DNA from: an uncultured Actinomycetota bacterium
Lineage (GTDB): Bacteria > Actinomycetota > Actinomycetes > CAVWCF01
Reading direction: 5' to 3'
DNA: 64,000 nucleotides
Assembly (NCBI GenBank): GCA_963753435.1
Contig: CAVWCF010000001.1
Coordinates: 1,376,001-1,440,000 of the forward strand
Shown: piece after piece, positions 28,691-40,437 of the stretch
Layout: every line of letters begins with the position of its first letter
Numbering within the stretch: position 1 is the stretch's first letter
The notes under the pieces: generated by a model
Databases searched by the model: none
What the model was told of the DNA's origin: nothing
Seen by the model: the letters and a program-made list of their open reading frames with translations, nothing else
Program-made: the position numbers and the translations under genes

Positions 28691-29833
28691 CTACAGCGCT
28701 TCGATGATGGTGGCGTTGGCCATGCCGCCGCCCTCGCACATCGTCTGCAGGCCGTAGCGCCCGCCGGTTTGGCGCAAGTGGTGCACGAGCGTGGTCAGCA
28801 GCCGCGCCCCCGAAGCCCCCAGTGGGTGCCCCAGCGCGATCGCCCCACCTAGTGGGTTGACCTTGCCCGGGTCCGCTCCCGTCTCGTCCAACCAGGCGCA
28901 GACCACGGCGGCGAACGCTTCGTTGACCTCAAACGCGTCGATGTCCCCCAAGGCGAGTCCGGAGCGGGCGAGCACGCGCTCGGTAGCCGGGATCGGACCG
29001 GTCAGCATGATCACCGGGTCCACGCCGGCCAGGGCGACGGTGTGCACCCGCGCCAACGGCGTCAGGCCCAGCTCGGCGGCGGTTTCGGAAGTGGTCATCA
29101 CGACCGCAGCGGCACCGTCGGAGATCTGCGAGGAGTTGCCGGCCGTGACGACACCGGATTCGGCGAAAGCCGGGGGCAGGGCTGCCAACCGTTCCGCCGA
29201 GGTGTCCCGCCGCACACCCTGATCGGTGCGAACGTCGCCGATCGGGACGATCTCGGCGTCGAAACGGCCGTCGTCGGCCGCCGCCGCAGCGCGCTGATGG
29301 CTCTGCAAGGCCCAGTCGTCGAGCCGTTGGCGGTCAAGGCCCCAGCGCTCGGCAATCATCTCGGCACTGATTCCCTGCGACACGAGCCCGTCGTCGTATC
29401 GGGACCGCATCCGCGGCCCGAAGGGGCCGTCACCGCCCAGGGCATTGGAGAACATCGGCACCCGCGACATCGACTCCACCCCACCGGCGATGACGACGTC
29501 GTAGTGGCCGGCGATCAGACCGGCCGCGGCGAACTGCACGGCCTGCTGGCTGGAGCCACACTGCCGATCCACCGTCGTGCCTGGCACGGACTCCGGCAGT
29601 CCGGCGGCGAGTGCGGCGTTGCGACCGACGTTGAACGACTGCTCGCCGACCTGCGACACGCACCCGAGGATCACATCGTCGATCCGGTTGGGGTCGACCC
29701 CGCTGCGCTTGAGGACCGCCTCCACCGCGGCGGCGGCCAGGTCGACGGGGTGCACCAGGCTCAGGTCACCCTTGCCCGGCTTGCCAATGCCGACTGGGGT
29801 CCGCACGGCGGCGGCGATCACCGCGTCACGCAT
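28691..29833 (-). CDS. Thiolase (acetyl-CoA C-acyltransferase)
   Basis: RQCGSS, NEAFA, GHPLGASG, CEGGG. Confidence 0.94.
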   Translation of the reverse strand: MRDAVIAAAVRTPVGIGKPGKGDLSLVHPVDLAAAAVEAVLKRSGVDPNRIDDVILGCVSQVGEQSFNVGRNAALAAGLPESVPGTTVDRQCGSSQQAVQFAAAGLIAGHYDVVIAGGVESMSRVPMFSNALGGDGPFGPRMRSRYDDGLVSQGISAEMIAERWGLDRQRLDDWALQSHQRAAAAADDGRFDAEIVPIGDVRTDQGVRRDTSAERLAALPPAFAESGVVTAGNSSQISDGAAAVVMTTSETAAELGLTPLARVHTVALAGVDPVIMLTGPIPATERVLARSGLALGDIDAFEVNEAFAAVVCAWLDETGADPGKVNPLGGAIALGHPLGASGARLLTTLVHHLRQTGGRYGLQTMCEGGGMANATIIEAL

Positions 29834-30767
29834 CGGAAAGCACCTGCACCTGCACTGGCCCCGTCGCCTGCGCCGACTGCCGATTCGACGGGTCGCTGAG
29901 ATCCCGCAACTCGGTGGTACGGGCAGCCACGAGCAAGGCGTCGATGGTCAAGACCACCAAACACACGACGACGAACGCGGCCTGCCGCAATCGCGGGGCG
30001 GAGAAGGCCAACACCGCCGCCACGAGCGCGCCCGCGATCAGCCCACCCAGGTGCGCGCGCCAGTCGATGTTGGGGATGACGAACCCAAGGACGAGGTTGA
30101 GCACCAACAACCCGAGGATCTCGTTGGTACGCCGGCCCAACCGATGGTTGATGACAAGTGCTGCGCCGAAGAGCCCGAAGATCGCTCCGGAGGCGCCGAC
30201 GCTGAGCGTTTGCGGGTCGTTGAACAGGTAGGACGCCACTGCGCCGGTTACGCCGCTGATGAGGAACAACGCCAGGAACCGCCAGCGCCCGATCGCGGAC
30301 TCCACGAAGGGCCCGATTACGAACAGCACGTAGGAGTTGAACAACAGGTGCAGCAGGCCGCCGTGCACGAACTGCGCGGTGAAGAGGCGGTAGTACTCCC
30401 CGTCCGCGACGCCGATCAAGGTCGGCCCGGACTCGGTCACGTCGATGGCCAGGCCCACGACACCCAGCGTCGTGCGCAGGTCCGGGCCGCCGACGGCGTT
30501 CAACAAGAAGCCGAGAACGGCGACACCGATGATGATCGCAACCAAGCTGTACGACACCAGGCCGGCCCGGGCGTCCACCTTGGCCCCCAGCACGGTGCGC
30601 ACCTCCCGGGTGCGAGCGGCGGCCGCGGCCACGCACTCCGGGCACTGAAACCCGACGGCGGCTTCGTTCATGCAGTCCGGGCAGATGGGCCGGTCGCACC
30701 GAGCGCACCGGATGTAGGTCTCCCGGTCGGCATGCCGGAAGCACACCGGCACCTGGGCCGGTGGCAC
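29826..30767 (-). CDS. Rhomboid protease with N-terminal Cys/His zinc finger
   Basis: CFRH..CARCDRPICPDCM..CPEC; HLLFN, GASG, AHLGG. Confidence 0.93.
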   Translation of the reverse strand: MPPAQVPVCFRHADRETYIRCARCDRPICPDCMNEAAVGFQCPECVAAAAARTREVRTVLGAKVDARAGLVSYSLVAIIIGVAVLGFLLNAVGGPDLRTTLGVVGLAIDVTESGPTLIGVADGEYYRLFTAQFVHGGLLHLLFNSYVLFVIGPFVESAIGRWRFLALFLISGVTGAVASYLFNDPQTLSVGASGAIFGLFGAALVINHRLGRRTNEILGLLVLNLVLGFVIPNIDWRAHLGGLIAGALVAAVLAFSAPRLRQAAFVVVCLVVLTIDALLVAARTTELRDLSDPSNRQSAQATGPVQVQVLSDA

Positions 30768-30791
30768 CGCGGCAGTGGGTTCGGTCAGGGC

Positions 30792-31322
<531 letters not shown>

Positions 31323-31455
31323 GTCGGTCCTTTCGTCGAGGTCGGGCTCGGTACCGGTCAGGTTCTTTCGCAGTCCGAATGCAATGCCATCTTCGCACTC
31401 GACGCCACTGGCCGGTCGTGCCAGGCTGGTTGGACCGGACCCGAGGAGGGGCGAG

Positions 31456-31665
31456 ATGAGTCAGGAAACAGTGGAGTCCGCCCAGGCGGCAGTAGCCGAT
31501 CTGAGCGAAGCACTGGAGGAGATCCAGGTCGAGGAGGAGGCCCACCGCCGCCGCGGTGGCGGGATCCTGAAGATGATCGGGCTGCTGGTCGTCCTGGGTG
31601 CGATCGGCGCCGCAGTCGCCGGCGTCATCCGCAGCCGCTCCACCGACGATTGGACGACGGCCTGA
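31456..31665 (+). CDS. 69-aa single-TM protein
   Basis: GAGGAGG RBS; acidic N-terminus, basic patch, TM, DDW tail; divergent from ppiA. Confidence 0.7.
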   Translation: MSQETVESAQAAVADLSEALEEIQVEEEAHRRRGGGILKMIGLLVVLGAIGAAVAGVIRSRSTDDWTTA

Positions 31666-32186
31666 CCCACGGCGCGACCCCGACCGAGCCCGATCCGGAC
31701 GGAGAAGTCGCCGAGTTCGGCGCCGGATACGACCCGGAGCGCCCCGATCCGACGCCGGTTCCGGCGTGGGCCGACGTGGCGAAGCGCCTCGAGTCGGCAC
31801 GCAACTACTGGGTGGTCACTCGGCGCCCGGACGGCCGCCCGCACGCCGCGCCGATCTGGGGTCTGTGGTGGCGGGGCACGTTGTGGTTCAGCACTGGGCC
31901 GAACACGGTTAAGGCGCGCAACCTGCTCGCCGAACCGTCCGCCGTCGTCCACTTGGAGTCCGGCGATGACGTCGTGGTCGTGGAGGGCGACATCGATCTC
32001 GTGCCGGTGCCAGCGGACGTGGACGGATTCATCGACGCCTACGACGCCAAGTACGGGTTTCGCCCTACGGCGCAGTCACTGGAGGGCGGTTTGTTCCGGC
32101 TGGCCCCGAAGCAAGCCCTGACGTGGTCGGAGCAGGTGTTCCCGCTTGGGAAGGTTCGCTGGCGGTTCCGCGGCCGCACGACCTAG
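31650..32186 (+). CDS. Pyridoxamine 5'-phosphate oxidase-like (split-barrel flavin/F420) protein; start uncertain
   Basis: RNYWVVTRRPDGRPHAAPIWGLW, KARNL, VVVEG; C-terminal part of the 29577..32186 ORF. Confidence 0.8.
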   Translation: MDDGLTHGATPTEPDPDGEVAEFGAGYDPERPDPTPVPAWADVAKRLESARNYWVVTRRPDGRPHAAPIWGLWWRGTLWFSTGPNTVKARNLLAEPSAVVHLESGDDVVVVEGDIDLVPVPADVDGFIDAYDAKYGFRPTAQSLEGGLFRLAPKQALTWSEQVFPLGKVRWRFRGRTT

Positions 32187-33229
32187 GGATCCGGTACCAG
32201 CACCAACCCACCGACATGGCGCTTCTGCTCGAAGTCGGCCTGCGCTTGGTGGATCTGGGCCAGGGGGTAGCTGGCGGCAACGACAGGTCTGACCGAGCCG
32301 CCGCCTAGCAGGTCCATGAGTCGGCCGAACAGTTCCGGCGGGTAGGTCGTCACCCCCAGCAGGGTGAGGTCGTTCAGGTAGAGCGTTCGCAGATCTACGC
32401 GGGCAATCGGCCCGGCGATGGCTCCCGCCGTGACAAAGCGCCCGCCACGACGCAGGGCGGACAGCCAGGCGGGCACCTGCGCGCCGCCCACAACGTCCAC
32501 GACCACTTCGGGCGCCCCGCCGCATAGAGCCGAAGCCTCGCCAACCGGATCATCGGATTCGCGGGCCACCGTGACCGCCCCCAGCGCCGCAACGGCCGGC
32601 GCTTTGTCCCGACCGACTACAGCCACGACGTTGGCGCCCAGCGCCTGCGCTATTTGAACCGCAGCAGTGCCCACTCCGCCGGAGGCCCCGGTCACCACTA
32701 TCTGCTCCCCCGCTGCCACCCCAGCGCGTTCCAGCATGTTGAGCGCAGTGGCCCAGGAGCAGGGGACCGACCCGAGTTCGATGTCCGACAGGTCCGTCTC
32801 GACGCGATGGGCGTTCACAGCGGGAACCACGCAGAACTGCGCGAACCCACCGTCGACCTCGCTGCCCAGCATCAGCCAGTTGTCTGCTCCCCGCCGAACC
32901 CACGGGTCGACCAGCACGCGTTGCCCGACCAGGTGCGACTCGACGCCCGGCCCGACCGCGGCCACCGTCCCGACAACGTCGGCGCCTTGGATCCGCGGGA
33001 AGCCGAGCCCCGCTGGGCTGCCGCGCCAGCCGGTCGCTGCGTCGCTGGCATCAGTGGAGTACCAGCCGGTCCTGGTGTTGATGTCGGTGTTGTTGACGCC
33101 ACAGGCTGCGACCTTGATGAGAACCTCACCGCGCGCCGGGACCGGACGCGGGACATCGTCGCGAACCACGAGCTGGTCCGGGCCGCCGATACCGGTCAGG
33201 ACCGCGGCCTGCATCAGGGGCTCGGTCAT
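32183..33229 (-). CDS. MDR-family alcohol dehydrogenase / quinone reductase-like protein
   Basis: CGVNNTD, PRIQGAD, TGASGGVG. Confidence 0.88.
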   Translation of the reverse strand: MTEPLMQAAVLTGIGGPDQLVVRDDVPRPVPARGEVLIKVAACGVNNTDINTRTGWYSTDASDAATGWRGSPAGLGFPRIQGADVVGTVAAVGPGVESHLVGQRVLVDPWVRRGADNWLMLGSEVDGGFAQFCVVPAVNAHRVETDLSDIELGSVPCSWATALNMLERAGVAAGEQIVVTGASGGVGTAAVQIAQALGANVVAVVGRDKAPAVAALGAVTVARESDDPVGEASALCGGAPEVVVDVVGGAQVPAWLSALRRGGRFVTAGAIAGPIARVDLRTLYLNDLTLLGVTTYPPELFGRLMDLLGGGSVRPVVAASYPLAQIHQAQADFEQKRHVGGLVLVPDP

Positions 33230-33236
33230 CGTCGGC

Positions 33237-34058
33237 CTACACCCGTCGGCGCAGAGCGCGCACCGACAGCGGCGCGAAGATGGCGACCACTGCAACGCAC
33301 CACAACGCGGACCAGAACACCGGCTGCGCGATCGGTCCGTCCACGAGCAGTCCACGCATCGCGTCGCTGATCTGGGACACGGGGTTGGCTTTGACGATCG
33401 GCTGCAGCCAGCCCGGCATCGTCTCAACCGGTACGAAGACGTTGCTGAGGAACGTCAGCGGGAAGTAGAAGGTGAAGCTGAACAACTGCACCTTCTCCGG
33501 ATCGCGGGCGAGAACTCCCACCAGAACGGGGATCCAGGAGAACGCCAGGGCCGCAGTCATGATCACCACGCAGGCGCCGACGAGTCCGGCCACGCCAGTG
33601 CCGAGCCGGAACCCCAGGAGGAACCCGACGCCGAGCAACAAGACCAAGGACCAGGCCTGCTTGACCATGTCGCCGAGGATGCGTCCGGCCAGCGGCGCCC
33701 ACCTGGCGATCGGCAGCGAGCGCAACCGGTCGAACATGCCCTTGGTCAGATCGTTGTTGAGCCCCTGGCCGACGTAGCCGGTGACGAAGAACATGTTCAT
33801 CACGATGATTCCGGGCAGTGCGAACTGCAGGTACTGCGTCGGGGAGTCCGCGATCGCGCCACCGAAGATGTAGGTGAAGAGGACCACGAACAGGATCGGT
33901 TGCAGGCTGAAGTCGCCCAGTTCCATCGGGTTGTGGCGGATCTGAACCAAGGTGCGCCAGGCCAACGTGACGGTGTGGCGCAGTCCCTCGACGAAGCTGA
34001 CGCGCTCGGGGCCGGACGACTCCGGCGCACCAGTGGCGCGCACCTGGGTGTCCGTCAT
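33237..34058 (-). CDS. ABC-2 exporter permease (DrrB-like)
   Basis: Six TMs, GMFDRLRSLPI, MPGWLQ..NP. Confidence 0.9.
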   Translation of the reverse strand: MTDTQVRATGAPESSGPERVSFVEGLRHTVTLAWRTLVQIRHNPMELGDFSLQPILFVVLFTYIFGGAIADSPTQYLQFALPGIIVMNMFFVTGYVGQGLNNDLTKGMFDRLRSLPIARWAPLAGRILGDMVKQAWSLVLLLGVGFLLGFRLGTGVAGLVGACVVIMTAALAFSWIPVLVGVLARDPEKVQLFSFTFYFPLTFLSNVFVPVETMPGWLQPIVKANPVSQISDAMRGLLVDGPIAQPVFWSALWCVAVVAIFAPLSVRALRRRV

Positions 34059-35038
34059 CCCGTTGCCTCCGTCGCCTCGGGGTCGGCCGCCGCAGCGCCA
34101 TGGCCGGTCAGCGCAATGAAGACCTCGTCCAGACTGGCCGAGCGCAAGTTGAGTTCCTCCAACGCGATTCCGGCGTCGTCCAGGCGACGCATGATGGCCG
34201 GAACCGAGGCCGCAACGCTCAATGCCACCGCCACCCGGGACCCCGAAACCGTGGGCTCGGCCCCCGACATCTCGCGGAGCAAGCGCAGCAGCGGGTCCAC
34301 GTCGGCCGGATCGGTGGGGCGCACCACCAGGGACTGGGTGCCGACCAGCGCTTTGAGTTCGTCCGGTGTGCCGTCGGCGATGACCCGACCACGGTCGATC
34401 ACGACCAGGCTGTCCGCCAATTCGTCGGCCTCGTCCAGGTACTGCGTCGTCAACAGCACGGTGACCCCGTCGGCGACCATGCGGCGCACCAAACCCCACA
34501 TCTCCCGGCGGGCCACCGGGTCCAGCCCGGTCGTTGGTTCATCTAGGAACAGGATGCGCGGGCCGCCGACGAGGCTGGCGGCCAGGTCCAAGCGCCGCCG
34601 CATCCCCCCGGAGTAAGTCTTCGCCGCTCGATCGGCGGCGTCTTCGATCCCGAACGACTTCAGCAGTTCACCGGCGCGGGCGCGCGCGTCCGGCCGGGGC
34701 ATGCCGAGGAGGCGACCGATGAGGATCAGGTTCTCGGTCCCGGTCATGGCTTCATCAACCGATGCGTACTGGCCCGTGAGACCGATCATTCGCCGCACTT
34801 GATGGGCCTGGGTCACCACATCGAAACCGCCGACCCGGGCCCGTCCGGCATCGGGGCGAAGCAGTGTTGCGAGCACCCGAACGGCTGTCGTCTTGCCGGC
34901 GCCGTTGGGTCCCAGCAGTCCGAGGACCGTGCCCGGTCGAACCACGAAGTCGACCCCGGCCAGCGCGGTCGTCTCGCCGAAGCGCCGTACCAGGCCCTCG
35001 ACTTCGACGGCGTACTGCGGGGAAGGCGCCGAGAGCAC
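34055..35038 (-). CDS. ABC exporter ATP-binding protein (DrrA-like)
   Basis: GPNGAGKT, YSGGM, LDEPTTG, SLDEVF. Confidence 0.92.
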   Translation of the reverse strand: MLSAPSPQYAVEVEGLVRRFGETTALAGVDFVVRPGTVLGLLGPNGAGKTTAVRVLATLLRPDAGRARVGGFDVVTQAHQVRRMIGLTGQYASVDEAMTGTENLILIGRLLGMPRPDARARAGELLKSFGIEDAADRAAKTYSGGMRRRLDLAASLVGGPRILFLDEPTTGLDPVARREMWGLVRRMVADGVTVLLTTQYLDEADELADSLVVIDRGRVIADGTPDELKALVGTQSLVVRPTDPADVDPLLRLLREMSGAEPTVSGSRVAVALSVAASVPAIMRRLDDAGIALEELNLRSASLDEVFIALTGHGAAAADPEATEATG

Positions 35039-35097
35039 TCAGCGACCCTAGACCCGCGCCGGCCGCGGCGGTACCCACCGCACATCCTGCGGACGAG

Positions 35098-35170
35098 TGG
35101 AGACGAGGGGACTCGAACCCCTAACCCCTGCCTTGCAAAGGCAGTGCTCTACCAATTGAGCTACGCCCCC
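35098..35170 (-). tRNA. tRNA-Ala(TGC)
   Basis: G3:U70 acceptor pair, CTGCC-TTTGCAA-GGCAG anticodon arm, GTTCGA T-loop. Confidence 0.96.
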
Positions 35171-35182
35171 CAGGGGCTTCCT

Positions 35183-35311
35183 TCAGCGCAGGTCGAGCGT
35201 GTCGGCCGTGGCCTCTTCCCAGAGTTCCTGCTCAGCCCGATCGGCCTGGACCTTCTGGTACACCAAGAATCCCGCGACTGCTGCCGCCACGAGGAGAAAG
35301 AGCTTCTTCAT
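35183..35311 (-). CDS. 42-aa DLW-39-like small protein (absent from the ORF track)
   Basis: MKKLFLLVAAAVAGFLVYQKVQADRAEQELWEEATADTLDLR*, lying between tRNA-Ile and tRNA-Ala. Confidence 0.8.
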   Translation of the reverse strand: MKKLFLLVAAAVAGFLVYQKVQADRAEQELWEEATADTLDLR

Positions 35312-35344
35312 GCGATTCACCCTGCCAGATCGTCGGGACACGCG

Positions 35345-35418
35345 TGGGCCTAGCTGGACTTGAACCAGCGACCTCTTCCTTATCAGGGAAGCGCTCTAAC
35401 CGTCTGAGCTATAGGCCC
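35345..35418 (-). tRNA. tRNA-Ile(GAT)
   Basis: GGGCCTA/TAGGCCC acceptor stem, CTTCC-CTGATAA-GGAAG anticodon arm. Confidence 0.96.
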
Positions 35419-35464
35419 GAGCAGGGCCGAAGGTTACCCCAACCCTGGGCCGGCCCCGTCCGCG

Positions 35465-35911
35465 TCACTCCTGCTCCGAAACCGTCGCTTCCAGGCCGCC
35501 GACCAGTCCGACCGTGAGGTTGTACAGGAACGCGCCCAGCGTGACCAGGGCCGTGACCAGCACAGCCTGCAAAGCGGCCAGCAGGAAGCCGAAGCCGATC
35601 ACCCGACGCAAGCTGAAGATGTCCGCAACCCGCACCGTCGACGACCCGGTGAGGTCGGCCAGGAACCGGTCCACCGCACCGATGACATCCGCGGCGCTGA
35701 GCACGCCCCACAGCACCGTGACCATGACCACCACGGCGATGCCCATGGCCGCGCTGAGCACGAACGACACCTTCATGACCGACCACGGGTCGAGCCGAAT
35801 CACGGTGGAGCGCACCTTGCGCACGCGCACCTTGGACGATGGCGGCGGACCCGGTGGCGTGCGGCGGATCGGTGCCGGCCCGCTGCTGGCGCTGGAGCGG
35901 GCGGTGCTCAT
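35465..35911 (-). CDS. DUF3566 membrane protein
   Basis: [12 protein letters not shown]...FLYN...GGLE; directly downstream of gyrA. Confidence 0.9.
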   Translation of the reverse strand: MSTARSSASSGPAPIRRTPPGPPPSSKVRVRKVRSTVIRLDPWSVMKVSFVLSAAMGIAVVVMVTVLWGVLSAADVIGAVDRFLADLTGSSTVRVADIFSLRRVIGFGFLLAALQAVLVTALVTLGAFLYNLTVGLVGGLEATVSEQE

Positions 35912-38454
35912 CCGGCCTCGCCGTCGTTGCCCTCGCCGTCGGTTTCGGCGGCGCCGTCGTCAGCGGTGGTGTCGTCGGCGGCTGGCTCCGCAGCGGCTGC
36001 GTCCCGCTCGGCGTTTCGTGCCACCGTGACCACCGCGTCTTCATCCTTGAGGTTGATGAGGATGACGCCCATGGTGTCACGACCGGACTGCCGGACATCG
36101 GCGACAGGCGAGCGGATTACGCCACCGGATGCGGTGATGGCGAAGACCTCGTCGTCGCCGTCGACCACCATGGCGGCGACCAGGCCGCCGCGAGCGTCGA
36201 CCAGCCGCATCGCCCGGACGCCGAGAATGCCCCGGTTCTTCGGTGCCCACTCAGCCAACGAGGTTCGCTTGGCGTAGCCCCCGTCGGTAACCGTCAACAG
36301 GTCGGCCTCCGGACGGACCACGTCCATCGCCAGGAGCTGGTCGTCGCCGCGGAACCGCATGCCGGTGACCCCGCCGGTGGCTCGGCCCATCGGTCGCAGC
36401 GCGGTGTCATCTGCGGTGAAGCGCACGGACTGGCCGGCCACCGACACCAGGATCAGGTCGTCGGTGGGGTGCACCAACCGGGCCGCAATGACCTCGTCGC
36501 CGTCGCCGAGGTTGATTGCGATCAATCCACCCATGCGGTTGGAGTCGTAGTCGGTGAGCCGCGTCTTCTTCACCTTGCCGCCGCGAGTAGCCAGGACCAG
36601 GTACGGCGCCACCTCGTAGTCGCGCAGCGCCATTACCTGCGCAACGTTCTCGTCCGGCCGCAGCGCCAGGACATTGGCCAAGTGCTGGCCCTTGGCATCA
36701 CGCCCGGTCTCGGGCAGCTCGTACGCCTTCAACCGCAGCACGCGGCCGGTGTTGGTGAAGAACAACAGCCAATGGTGGGTGGTGGTCACGAACAAGTGCT
36801 CGACGATGTCGTCGGAACGAAGGCTGGCGCCGCGCACACCCTTGCCGCCACGGCGCTGCGAGCGGTACAGGTCCGAAACGGTTCGGCGCGCGTAACCGCC
36901 ACGAGTGATGGTGACAACGACATCACGTTCCGGGATCAGGTCCTCCGCCGACATTTCGCCTTCGTCGGGCACGATCTCGGTGCGCCGTTCGTCCCCGAAT
37001 CGGTCGACGATCTCAGCCAGCTCCGTGGAAATGATCTCGCGCTGCCGCGAGGGCGACTCGAGGATCGCGTTGTACTCCGCGATCTTCTCGGTCAGCTCCG
37101 CGAACTCGTCCAGGATCTTCTGCCGTTCCAAAGCGGCGAGGCGACGCAACTGCATGTCGAGGATGGCCGTGGCCTGGATCTCGTCGATGTCGAGCAGTTC
37201 CATCAGACCGGTCCGCGCGGCGTCAACTGTCTGCGAGGCCCGGATCAGAGCAATGACCTCGTCCAGGGCCTCGAGGGCCTTGAGCAGGGCACGCAAGATG
37301 TGCGCGCGCTCTTCGGCTTTGCGCAACCGGAAGCGGGTACGGCGCTGGATCACCTCGACCTGGTGGGCAATCCAGTGCGTGACGAAATCGTGCAGCGACA
37401 GCGTCCGTGGCACGCCATCGACCAGGGCGACCATGTTCGCCCCGAACGTCTGCTGCAGTTGGGTGTGCTTGTAGAGGTTGTTCAGCACCACCCGGGCGAT
37501 CGCATCGCGCTTGAGCACGATCACCAACCGTTGCCCGGTGCGCGAGGACGAGTCGTCGCGGATGTCGGCGATGCCGGCGACCCGGCCGGACTCCACCAGG
37601 TCGGCGATGTCAAGAGCGAGCTTGTCCGGGTTCACCTGGTACGGCAGTTGCGTAATCACCAGGGTTTGCCGGCCGCGACGGTCTTCCTCGACGTCGACGA
37701 CCGCGCGCATGACGACTGAGCCGCGCCCGGTGGCGTATGCGTCGGCGATGCCACGCCGGCCGACGATGCGCGCCCCGGTCGGGAAGTCCGGGCCGGGGAT
37801 GCGTTGCACCAGCTCCGCCTGCAACTGCTCCGCATCGGCCTCCGGGTTGGCCAGCGCCCACTGCACCCCGTCGGCCACTTCGCGCAGGTTGTGCGGCGGG
37901 ATCTTGGTCGCCATGCCGACGGCGATGCCGTCGGAGCCGTTGACCAGCAGGTTCGGGAACCGGGCGGGGAGGATCACCGGCTCGGCGGTGCGGCCGTCGT
38001 AGTTGGGGACGAAGTCGACGGTCTCCTCGTCGATCTCCCGCAGGACCTCCATCGCCAGCGGCGCCATCCGGCACTCCGTGTAGCGCATGGCGGCGGCCGG
38101 GTCGTTGCCCGGCGAGCCGAAGTTGCCCTGCCCCTGAACCAACGGGTAGCGCATCGCCCACGGCTGCACCAGGCGGACCAAGGTGTCGTAGATGGCCGAG
38201 TCACCGTGCGGGTGGTAGTTACCCATGACATCGCCAACGACGCGGGCGCACTTGCTGAAACCGCGGTCGGGTCGGAACCCGCCGTCGAACATGGCGTAGA
38301 GCACCCGGCGGTGGACCGGCTTCAGTCCGTCCCGGACGTCCGGCAGCGCGCGCCCCACGATCACGCTCATCGCGTAGTCGAGGTAACTGCGCTGCATCTC
38401 GACGTTCAGGTCGACCGGCTCGATGCGGTCGGTGGTGATCGGCTGGTCGGTCAC
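35908..38454 (-). CDS. gyrA: DNA gyrase subunit A
   Basis: [16 protein letters not shown], GyrA box QRRGGKG. Confidence 0.98.
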   Translation of the reverse strand: MTDQPITTDRIEPVDLNVEMQRSYLDYAMSVIVGRALPDVRDGLKPVHRRVLYAMFDGGFRPDRGFSKCARVVGDVMGNYHPHGDSAIYDTLVRLVQPWAMRYPLVQGQGNFGSPGNDPAAAMRYTECRMAPLAMEVLREIDEETVDFVPNYDGRTAEPVILPARFPNLLVNGSDGIAVGMATKIPPHNLREVADGVQWALANPEADAEQLQAELVQRIPGPDFPTGARIVGRRGIADAYATGRGSVVMRAVVDVEEDRRGRQTLVITQLPYQVNPDKLALDIADLVESGRVAGIADIRDDSSSRTGQRLVIVLKRDAIARVVLNNLYKHTQLQQTFGANMVALVDGVPRTLSLHDFVTHWIAHQVEVIQRRTRFRLRKAEERAHILRALLKALEALDEVIALIRASQTVDAARTGLMELLDIDEIQATAILDMQLRRLAALERQKILDEFAELTEKIAEYNAILESPSRQREIISTELAEIVDRFGDERRTEIVPDEGEMSAEDLIPERDVVVTITRGGYARRTVSDLYRSQRRGGKGVRGASLRSDDIVEHLFVTTTHHWLLFFTNTGRVLRLKAYELPETGRDAKGQHLANVLALRPDENVAQVMALRDYEVAPYLVLATRGGKVKKTRLTDYDSNRMGGLIAINLGDGDEVIAARLVHPTDDLILVSVAGQSVRFTADDTALRPMGRATGGVTGMRFRGDDQLLAMDVVRPEADLLTVTDGGYAKRTSLAEWAPKNRGILGVRAMRLVDARGGLVAAMVVDGDDEVFAITASGGVIRSPVADVRQSGRDTMGVILINLKDEDAVVTVARNAERDAAAAEPAADDTTADDGAAETDGEGNDGEAG

Positions 38455-38505
38455 CGTGTTCCTTCCGTTCTGGATCGGTGGGGCTCAGGTCGCATCAACG
38501 GCACA

Positions 38506-40437
38506 TCAGATGTCGAGGAACCGGACGTCCTTGGCGTTGCGTTGAATGAAGTTGCGGCGGCTCTCGACGTCCTCGCCCATCAGGACACTGAAGAGTTCGT
38601 CGGCCTGTGCCGCGTCATCGAGAGTCACCTGCAACAGCACTCGGGTCGCCGGGTCCATGGTCGTCTCCCACAGTTCCGACGCGTTCATCTCCCCCAGACC
38701 CTTGTACCGCTGGATGCCTTCGTCCTTCGGCAGCCGCTTGCCGGCCTCGCTGCCCGCAGCCATGAGCGCGTCCCGCTCCCGGTCGGAGTAGGCGTACTCC
38801 GCTGCGTCCTTGCCGGTCCACTTCAGTTTGTAAAGCGGCGGCTGGGCCAGGAACACGTAGCCGGCCTCCACCAATGGGCGCATGAAACGGAACAGCAGGG
38901 TGAGCAGCAGCGTGCGAATGTGCTGGCCGTCAACATCGGCGTCGGCCATGAGCACGATCTTGTGATAGCGCAGCTTCTCGACGTCGAAGTCGTCATGGAT
39001 GCCGGTGCCCAACGCGGAGATCAGCGCCTGCACCTCGTTGTTGCTCAGCACCTTGTCGATGCGCGCCTTCTCGACGTTCAGAATCTTTCCGCGGATCGGC
39101 AGAATCGCCTGCGTCTGTGGGTCGCGCCCGCCCTTGGCCGAGCCGCCGGCGGAGTCGCCCTCAACGATGAAGACTTCGCAGTCGGCCGGATTGGTCGACT
39201 GACAGTCGGAGAGCTTGCCGGGCAGACCGGATCCGCCGAGCAGGCCCTTGCGGGAACGGGCCAGGTCCCGCGCCTTGCGCGCGGCCAACCGGGCTTGAGC
39301 CGCGGAAGTCGTCTTGCGGGCGATGTCCTTGCCCTCGGCGGGGTTGGCCTCGAACCAGGCTCCCAGGTTCTCGTTGACGACCTTCTGCACCAGGCCCTTG
39401 GCCTCGGGGTTGCCCAGCTTCGTCTTGGTCTGGCCCTCGAACTGTGGTTCGCGCAACTTGACGCTGACGATGGCGGTCAGCCCCTCGCGCACGTCCTCAC
39501 CGGCGAGGTTGGCGTCCTTCTCCTTGAGCACACCCCATTCGCGGGCGAACCGGTTGACCAAGGAGGTGACGGCGGCGCGGAAACCCTCCTCATGGGAGCC
39601 GCCCTCGTGGGTGTTGATCGTGTTCGCGAAGGTGTAAACGCTCTCCGTGAAACCGGAGTTCCACTGCAGCGCGACCTCGACGCTCATTCCGGTCTCGTCG
39701 TCGGTGGTGTCGAAGGAAACGATCGATCGGTGCGCCGGCCCCTTGGGACCGTTGAGGTAGTCCACGAAATCGACGATGCCGCCGTCGTACTTCCAGGTCT
39801 GCACCCGGGGGGCTTCGGCGTCTCGCTCGTCGTTCAGTGTCAGGGACAGGCTCCGGTTCAGGAAGGCCATCTCCTGGAACCTCCGGGCCAGGGTCTCGAA
39901 GTCGTACTGGATGGTCTCGAACACGTCCGGGTCCGCCCAGAAAGTCACCTGGGTGCCGGTGCGGTCGGTCGACTCACCCCGCTGCAGCGGACCCGGGATC
40001 GACCGCTCGTAACGCTGCCGCCAGACGTAGCCGTCGCGATGGATCTCCACTTCCAGCGCCCGCGACAACGCGTTGACCACCGAGACGCCAACCCCGTGCA
40101 GACCACCGGAAACCGAGTAGCCGCCGCCGCCGAACTTGCCGCCCGCGTGCAGCACCGTCAGCACGACCTCAACAGCCGGACGCTTTTCCACCGGGTGGTC
40201 ATCCACGGGGATCCCGCGGCCGTTGTCGATGACCCGCACGCCACCGTCGGCCTGCAGCGTCACCTCGATCGTGTCGCAGTGGCCGGCCAAGGCCTCGTCG
40301 ACGGCGTTGTCGACAACCTCGTAGACCAGGTGGTGCAGGCCGCGTTCCCCGGTGGAGCCGATGTACATCCCGGGACGTTTGCGAACCGCGTCGAGACCCT
40401 CGAGCACCTGGATGTTCGCGGCGTCATACGTCGTCAC
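38506..40437 (-). CDS. gyrB: DNA gyrase subunit B
   Basis: [33 protein letters not shown]. Confidence 0.98.
   Translation of the reverse strand: MTTYDAANIQVLEGLDAVRKRPGMYIGSTGERGLHHLVYEVVDNAVDEALAGHCDTIEVTLQADGGVRVIDNGRGIPVDDHPVEKRPAVEVVLTVLHAGGKFGGGGYSVSGGLHGVGVSVVNALSRALEVEIHRDGYVWRQRYERSIPGPLQRGESTDRTGTQVTFWADPDVFETIQYDFETLARRFQEMAFLNRSLSLTLNDERDAEAPRVQTWKYDGGIVDFVDYLNGPKGPAHRSIVSFDTTDDETGMSVEVALQWNSGFTESVYTFANTINTHEGGSHEEGFRAAVTSLVNRFAREWGVLKEKDANLAGEDVREGLTAIVSVKLREPQFEGQTKTKLGNPEAKGLVQKVVNENLGAWFEANPAEGKDIARKTTSAAQARLAARKARDLARSRKGLLGGSGLPGKLSDCQSTNPADCEVFIVEGDSAGGSAKGGRDPQTQAILPIRGKILNVEKARIDKVLSNNEVQALISALGTGIHDDFDVEKLRYHKIVLMADADVDGQHIRTLLLTLLFRFMRPLVEAGYVFLAQPPLYKLKWTGKDAAEYAYSDRERDALMAAGSEAGKRLPKDEGIQRYKGLGEMNASELWETTMDPATRVLLQVTLDDAAQADELFSVLMGEDVESRRNFIQRNAKDVRFLDI

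Noticed and set aside
35183-35311. Small ORF between the two tRNAs as a novelty
   Set aside because: Matches the already described DLW-39-type small protein at this conserved locus; kept as a feature only.
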